Made by a program: the position numbers and the translations under genes | Assembly: GCA_964016885.1 (NCBI GenBank) | Contig: OZ024751.1 | Location: 22,258,001 to 22,322,000 of the forward strand | Source: Eledone cirrhosa | Taxonomy: Eukaryota | Direction: 5' to 3' | Length of the DNA: 64,000 nucleotides | Notes under the pieces: model-generated | Told to the model about the DNA's origin: nothing | Database searches by the model: none | Seen by the model: the letters and a program-made list of their open reading frames with translations, nothing else | Part shown: piece by piece, positions 56,300 through 64,000 of the stretch | Position numbering within the stretch: the first letter of the stretch is position 1 | How the letters are laid out: every line of letters begins with the position of its first letter

Positions 56300-58262
56300 T
56301 GATGATGATAATGATGTTGATTGTAATGATGATAACGATGATGATGATGATGTAGAAGATGATGATGATGGTGATAATGATGATGAGAATGAGGTTGGTG
56401 ATCATGATGGTGATGAAGGTGGTGATGATGATGGTGATGGTGGTGATGGCAGTGAGGATGAGGTTGATGATCATGATGGTGATAATGGTGGTGATGATGG
56501 TGGTGATGATGATGGTGATGAAAATGTTGATGGTGATGATGGTGATGATGGTGGTGATGGTGGTGATGGTGATGGTGATGATGGTGGTGATGGTGATGAT
56601 GGTGGTGATGGTGATGATGGTGATGATGGTGGTGATGGTGATGGTGATGGTGGTGATGGTGATGATGGTGGTGATGGTGGTGATGGTGATGGTGGTGATG
56701 GTGATGATGGTGGTGATGGTGGTGATGGTGGTGATGGTGGTGATGGTGATGATGGTGGTGATGGTGGTGATGGTGGTGATGGTGGTGATGGTGGTGATAG
56801 TGATGATGGTGGTGATGGTGGTGATGGTGGTGATGGTGGTGATGGTGATGGTGATGGTGATGGTGGTGATGGTGGTGATGGTGATGATGGTGGTGATGAT
56901 GGTGATGGTGGTGATGATGGTGATGGTGGTGATGGTGGTGATGGTGATGGTGATGGTGGTGATGGTGATGATGGTGGTGATGGTGGTGATGGTGGTGATG
57001 GTGGTGATGGTGATGATGGTGGTGATGGTGGTGATAGTGGTGATGGTGGTGATGGTGGTGATGATGGTGATGGTGGTGATGATGGTGATGATGGTGGTGA
57101 TGGTGGTGATGGTGGTGATGGTGATGGTGATGGTGGTGATGGTGATGATGGTGGTGATGGTGGTGATGGTGATGATGGTGGTGATGGTGGTGATGGTGGT
57201 GATGGTGATGATGGTGGTGATGATGGTGATGGTGGTGATGATGGTGATGGTGGTGATAGTGGTGATGGTGGTGATGATGGTGACGAGAATGAGGATGGTG
57301 ATGATGGTAGTGATGGTGATGATGGTAGTGATGGTGGTGATGGTGGTGATGGTGATGATGGTGGTGATGGTGGTGATGGTGGTGATGATGATGGTGGTGA
57401 TGATGGTGATGGTGGTGATGATGGTGATGATGGTAACGAGAATGAGGATGGTGATGATGGTAGTGATGGTGATGATGGTAGTGATGGTGGTGATGGTGGT
57501 GATGGTGGTGATGGTGGTGATGGTGATGATGGTGGTGATGGTGGTGATGGTGGTGATGGTGGATGATATAGCTCTAAGAGATATGAAGTCCACTGTCCTT
57601 CTTCACATGTCTCCCTAACATGTAGCTATTAAGGTCAACAGAAGTTCTCAACAATAGAACCTTCTTCAAATATATCTTGTTCAGTTGTTATTTAGTTATC
57701 ATGGAGGTCAACATTTATGTTTTAGGGAAGATTGTGGTAGTTGTGGTGGCGGTGGTGGTGTAGTTGTGATGTTATGGTGGTGGTGGTGGTGGTGTTGGTG
57801 TTGTGGTGGTGATGTTGTGGTGGTGGTGGTGGTGGTGGTGGTAGTTGTGGTGGTGTTGTTGTTGTTGGTGGTGGTGATGTTGTGGTGGTGTTGGTGGTGG
57901 TGGTAGTTGTGGTGGTGTTGTTGGTGGTGATATTGTGGTGTTGTTGGTGGTAGTTGTGGTGGTGGTGGTGGCATTGGTGGTAGTGGTGTTGGAAGTAGTG
58001 GCAGTGTTGATGGTAATGGTGGTATTGGTGGTAGTGATAGTGGAGGTGGGGTTGGTAGTGGTGGTGTTGGTGGTAGTGATAGTGGAGGTGGGGTTCGTGG
58101 TAGTGATAGTGGAGGTGGGGTTCGTGGTAGTGATAGTGGAGGTGGGGTTCGTGGTAGTGATAGTGGAGGTGGGGTCGGTGGTAGTGAAGGTGGTGGTGGA
58201 GGTGGCGGCATTAGTTTTGGTGGTGGTGGCAGAGGGGGCAGTGATGTTGGGGTAGTGGTGGT
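56300..58262. repeat. (GAT/GGT)n triplet satellite 56300-57565 and (GGT/GTT) tract with a 27-bp repeat at ~58070-58180
   Basis: Pure ggt/gat triplets; 27-bp unit gtggtagtgatagtggaggtggggttc. Confidence 0.92.
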
Positions 58263-59183
58263 AGCGCAGAGGACAACACTAATTATTGCTCTGCCAGAAG
58301 GAGAGATGATGACTTTGAATAGTTAGTCCTTGGATCCAAGGATAAAGCAATGCCTGGTTGGTATGTAGCATTGATTGACACACACATACAGACATATATA
58401 TATATACACACATGTATATATATGCACACACACACATATATAAACACACACACATATATATATGAATACACACATATATATGCACACACACAAACAAAAA
58501 TATATACATGCACACATACACATATAAATTAACATATCCATGTTTTAACTTGTGTATATGTGAGGTATATATATATATACAAACACATATACATACACAC
58601 ATATATGTGAGTATATATATATATATATATATATACAAACACATATACAAATACACACATATATATGTGAGTATATATAAATATATATTTATATATACAC
58701 ACGTATATATGTGAGTATATATAAATATATATTTATATATACAAACACATATGTATACACACATATACACACATGTATATATATATGCATCCATATATGT
58801 ACATATATTTTTCCATATATATTCATACATACACATACACATTCCCACATATAATCTCAATCACACACGCACACACATCCACACATCCACACACTCATAC
58901 AGATATACAAACAGAAAATTACAAAATTGCTCTCACAACATATTAGGAGAAGGACAAACAAGGAGTTACCATTTTCTCTAAAGCAGGAAGCAGGATATTC
59001 TAAGGAGCACTCAAGCAGAACAACATTTACTATTATTCTAAGACATCCATTGCTAGTTTCATGTTGAGTGTATATATATTGGTGTATTATAAAGAATGTT
59101 AAACTCTGTCAATATCAAGGACAGGAGCAACTAAAATTAGAATTTCTGCTTCGATTGGGAAGAGAAAATTGTTAGTTTTATTT

Positions 59184-59231
<48 letters not shown>

Positions 59232-59573
59232 CACTACCACTACTACTACTACCTCTACTACTACTACTACTAGCACCACCACTACTACTACTATTACTCC
59301 TACTACTAATGCTACTACTGCTACTGCTACTACAGCTACTATCACCATCATCATCATCATGTTAGTTTGCTTAACCTTTACATTGTCAGATACTGTCATA
59401 CATGGGGTGGGGGGTGGGGGGTGGAGGGGTGAATGAAAAAGTCACTTTGGTTATTGGGAGAGATAACATACAAATGCACAGATACACACACACACACACA
59501 CATACATACATACACACACATATATATATATATAAACACACATATATATACACATATATATATATACATACAC

Positions 59574-59604
<31 letters not shown>

Positions 59605-59711
59605 TATATATATACACACACACATACATATATATACACACACACATACATATATATACACACACACATACATATATATACACACACACATATATACACA
59701 CACACATATAT

Positions 59712-59758
<47 letters not shown>

Positions 59759-60487
59759 TATATATAACCCATGCTAGCGTGGAAAATGGACTTTAAACGA
59801 TGATGATGATGATGATATATAAACCATAAGACCATATAGTATATATATATATATATATATTCATATATATATATATATATATACATACATATCTATGTAT
59901 ATACTCATACATATGTATAGATATGTATATATGTATACATACATATATACATACATACATCATCATCATCTCTGGTGGCCCAAAAGAGGAAGAATTCAAT
60001 GTTTATAATAGTGGTTTCTGATTTAAGCATAAGATGAAAAATGTTTGGGGAGAAGAAAGACAATTAAATCTGTACCAGTGCATTACTGGTACTTTATGTT
60101 ATTGACCCTATAAGGATAAAAAGTAAAGCTAACCCCAGTGGGATTTGAACTCTGATTGTAAAGGGACGGAGCTCTATGCTGCAAAGCTTGTTGACTGACG
60201 GTCCATCGAATAATGTATTGTATGAGTAGGTTTAATTATGATCTTACAACATGGTTAGGATGCTTCAGCAAAGCACATGTTTACTAGTCTTCAAAAAAAA
60301 AAAAAAAAAAAAAAATAGAAAAGAAAAGAATTTAGAAACAAATATGGAAGAAATAATTGTTTCTACTTTAGGCACAAGGCCAGCAATTACCCAGTGCATT
60401 ACTGGTACTTTATTTTATCGACCCCATAAGGATGAAAGGCAAAGTCAACCTCTGCGGGATTTGAACTAAAAAATGGCGACTGTCAGC

Positions 60488-60560
60488 AGCCCCCAGTGAG
60501 GATCGAACTCACGACCCCTGGTTTACAAGACCAGTGCTCTAACCACTGAGCTATGGAAGA
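60488..60560 (-). tRNA. tRNA-Thr-TGT: tRNA-Thr(TGT) copy 1 (1:72 mismatch; likely retrocopy)
   Basis: TCTTCCA TA GCTC AGTGGTTA GAGC A CTGGT CT TGT AA ACCAG GGGTC GTGAG TTCGATC CTCAC TGGGGGC T: 73-nt cloverleaf, 14-nt trailer, then TTTTTT (60468-60473). Confidence 0.88.
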
Positions 60561-60696
60561 AATAATTGTTTCTACTTTAGGCACAAGGCCAGCAATTACC
60601 CAGTGCATTACTGGTACTTTATTTTATCGACCCCATAAGGATGAAAGGCAAAGTCAACCTCTGCGGGATTTGAACTAAAAAATGGCGACTGTCAGC

Positions 60697-60769
60697 AGCC
60701 CCCAGTGAGGATCGAACTCACGACCCCTGGTTTACAAGACCAGTGCTCTAACCACTGAGCTATGGAAGA
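60697..60769 (-). tRNA. tRNA-Thr-TGT: tRNA-Thr(TGT) copy 2
   Basis: Identical to copy 1, shifted by 209 bp. Confidence 0.88.
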
Positions 60770-60905
60770 AATAATTGTTTCTACTTTAGGCACAAGGCCA
60801 GCAATTACCCAGTGCATTACTGGTACTTTATTTTATCGACCCCATAAGGATGAAAGGCAAAGTCAACCTCTGCGGGATTTGAACTAAAAAATGGCGACTG
60901 TCAGC

Positions 60906-60978
60906 AGCCCCCAGTGAGGATCGAACTCACGACCCCTGGTTTACAAGACCAGTGCGCTAACCACTGAGCTATGGAAGA
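60906..60978 (-). tRNA. tRNA-Thr-TGT: tRNA-Thr(TGT) copy 3 (additional D-stem mismatch)
   Basis: As copy 1 but GAGC>GCGC at 60956, breaking the 12:23 pair. Confidence 0.8.
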
Positions 60979-61329
60979 AATAATGAGCTTGGTTAGAGAC
61001 ATGGTGGCAGGGGGGGGGGGGGCAGATATATTGGGGAGGAGGCAGAGGAGAGAGAGAGAGGAATGAGATATGTTGTAGAGGAGGGGGTAGCTTTTACTAC
61101 CAACCACCTGCAAAACTTTTCTTCACCTCTCACTTCATTTGTGTATTTTCCTCTTTCTTTGCCACTTCATTCTCCCTCCCTCCCTCCACCCCCTCACATG
61201 CACCAGTACTTCTGTGTATGTGTGTATATGGTTTATGTGGTTGTATATATATACACACACAATATATATATATAGACCAGTTTAAACATGTTTATCTTAG
61301 AGAATCTGATGCATTTATAAATAAATATG

Positions 61330-61401
<72 letters not shown>

Positions 61402-61417
61402 CATTACCATTTTACGT

Positions 61418-61468
<51 letters not shown>

Positions 61469-61602
61469 TACACACATATTTACATATATATATATACATA
61501 TTTAATTCAGTTAATAAGTGTAAGAAGCTATAAATCTAAAAAATTATGTGTATGTATAGTGGATATATATAATATATATATATACATATACATATATATA
61601 TA

Positions 61603-61657
<55 letters not shown>

Positions 61658-62089
61658 TACATACATGCATATGGATTAATTCACTTATTTCAAAAAAAAA
61701 AAAAAAATAAAAACCAATATGAAGAATGCATGTTTCAGTGAATCGAAGAAGTATGCATGAGTGAGTGTATATACACAGGCATGTATATACACTGCTATGC
61801 ATGGTTGAGTCCTTGTATATATATACTTTAATTCCAAGTTCTATGATCAAATCTCTCCTATACTGCATCTAGCAGCTTTTATCTCTTTCTTATATTTCTC
61901 ACTTAAGTCGTCTCTAATACTTGCATCTCTCTTGCTTCTTTCTCTCTCGCTTTCTTATAACACACATACACGCACACACACACTCACTCACACATGCACA
62001 CACTCGTTCTCCAATTCTGTATACATACACACGTGAACTCACACACACACACTGGCATGTGAGTGAGTGCATGTATGTATGTATGTATG

Positions 62090-62126
<37 letters not shown>

Positions 62127-62462
62127 GGAGGCACATGGCTTAGTGGTTAGAGAATTGGCCTTGCAATTGAAAGGTTGTGAGTTCAATTCTCGGACTGGGT
62201 GATGTGTTGTTTCCTTGAGCAAGACACTTTATTTCACATTGCTCCAGTTTACTCAGCTGTAGAAATGAGATGATAGGGACTGGGGTCCCTATCATTCCAC
62301 TGCAAAGTGGTCGTGGAGGTGCTACAGCAAAAAAGCACCCAGCACTCACTGTAAATGAGGTTGGTGTTAGGAAGGGCATCCAACTGTAGAAATCAAGCCA
62401 GAATCAGTTCCTGTCCCACCCTTGCAAGCAAGGAAAAGCAGACGTAAAATGATGATGATGAT
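62127..62462 (+). mobile_element. Full-length SINE family B
   Basis: Matches 43039-43374, with the short RTE-type tail. Confidence 0.92.
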
Positions 62463-62550
62463 ATATATGTGTGAGTGTGTGTGTGTGAATGTGTGTATCT
62501 ATATGTGTGAGTACATGTTTATATATTTCTATTTATATATTATTACATAA

Positions 62551-62660
62551 AATTGTTTCTACTTTTGGCACAAGGCCAGCAATTACCCCAGTATATTACT
62601 GGTACTTTATTTTATCGACCCCGTAAGGATGAAAGGCAAAGTTAACCTCGACGGGATTTC
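62551..62660 (-). mobile_element. 5'-truncated SINE family A
   Basis: Core and tail only, truncated within the B box. Confidence 0.85.
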
Positions 62661-62777
62661 AAACAGCCTTATTTATATATATGCATACATATATTTAAAT
62701 CTGGCTACACACACACATATATCATCATCATCACTGTTTTTACGTCCGTTCTTCCGCTAGCATGGGTTAGACCGATA

Positions 62778-62828
<51 letters not shown>

Positions 62829-63095
62829 TAAGAATAAAGGAACAAGGAATCAGTGTTGCATCATAACATATTTGATAACATATTACATATGTTTCACTGT
62901 CGATCAGCTCAAGGAACGATCTATTATTGATCGAACCTGGCTCTGGAATCAAAAGATCCTCAGATATGCCTCAATATGTAAGCTCGTCTCTGGTTTTGGG
63001 TGAATATCTCCAGTACCTTGTTATATTTACCACATTCCAACAACATGGTATTCTGAGGTCTCTGCATATTGGTCCGTTATTCATCCTAAAATCCT

Positions 63096-63149
<54 letters not shown>

Positions 63150-63854
63150 TATATATATTTAAAATCATATGAACACATACACACATAGATGTATATCATC
63201 ATTTACACATACAAGCATATGCATATATGATCATTTATACACATACAAAGACATATATATACATACAATCATAAACAAATATATACACAAACATATATAT
63301 GATCATATACACACATAAACATATATATATATATATGCATATATATATATATATAAACATATACACACATATACAAGTACATTTATACAATCATATAAAT
63401 ACATATACTATACACATACACATATATATACACATCCAAACACACAAACACATCACACAAAACTGTCTCATTAAGCTTTGTAAAGTAATTAATTTTACTT
63501 CAATGATATATTTCAATAGATCCACTCACCCCTCACACTTCTCTCACACACTCACACACACACATGCACACACACATACATGTATACACATCCGTATGTA
63601 TGCAGGCATATTACACCTACACACACATACACACAGACACACATAGGCCAATACACACATGCATATATGCACCTGTATACATACACACGCATGTGTGCTT
63701 GTGTGTATATATGTGTATACATACACACATATATACACACAAGCACACATGCAAAGACACACATATACAAGTATATATATATATATATATATATACGCAC
63801 ATATATATATATGCATATATATATATATATATATACACACACATATACATATAT

Positions 63855-63895
<41 letters not shown>

Positions 63896-64000
63896 TACAT
63901 ATATACAGATGTATGTATGTACACACATTGCGTCAATCTATCACATACACACTCCACTCTCTCTATCCCCCTCTTTCACACACACTACTCCCCACTCTCT

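Larger units (their letters stand above)
60343..60984 (-). repeat. 209-bp x3 tandem array: pre-tRNA-Thr(TGT) fused to a SINE family A 3' half, delimited by four 15-bp direct repeats
   Basis: tatggaagaaataat at 60343, 60552, 60761 and 60970; units appear identical except at 60956. Confidence 0.95.

Noticed and set aside
56205-57618. 462-aa Thr/Ile-rich and 419-aa Met/Val-rich ORFs (mucin-like)
   Set aside because: Pure GAT/GGT triplet satellite that runs into a SINE; no splice or domain evidence.

Overview
Very AT-rich eukaryotic (animal) genomic DNA dominated by (TA)n, (TACA)n, (CA)n and trinucleotide simple repeats. The SINE/LINE complement resembles an octopus-like coleoid cephalopod (inferred, not verified). 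Almost every ORF in the supplied track is a microsatellite artefact (YIYI, VCVC, poly-H/M/T/E/K). Supportable content: many copies of two tRNA-derived SINE families plus older SINEs; a decayed ~2 kb RTE LINE and an RTE 3' end that shares its tail with one SINE family; a Tx1/L1-like 3' end; mariner, hAT and TTAA-flanked MITEs; minisatellites; and three candidate minus-strand exons of an unidentified host gene with very large introns. Two things stand out. (1) A 209-bp x3 tandem array at 60343-60984 made of a pre-tRNA-Thr(TGT) with trailer and T6 terminator fused to a SINE 3' half, bounded by a 15-bp target-site duplication. (2) About a dozen type I hammerhead ribozyme motifs, most with palindromic stem III, in short islands inside (TA)n tracts. 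Many of these islands are fold-back duplicated, consistent with Penelope-like element remnants.
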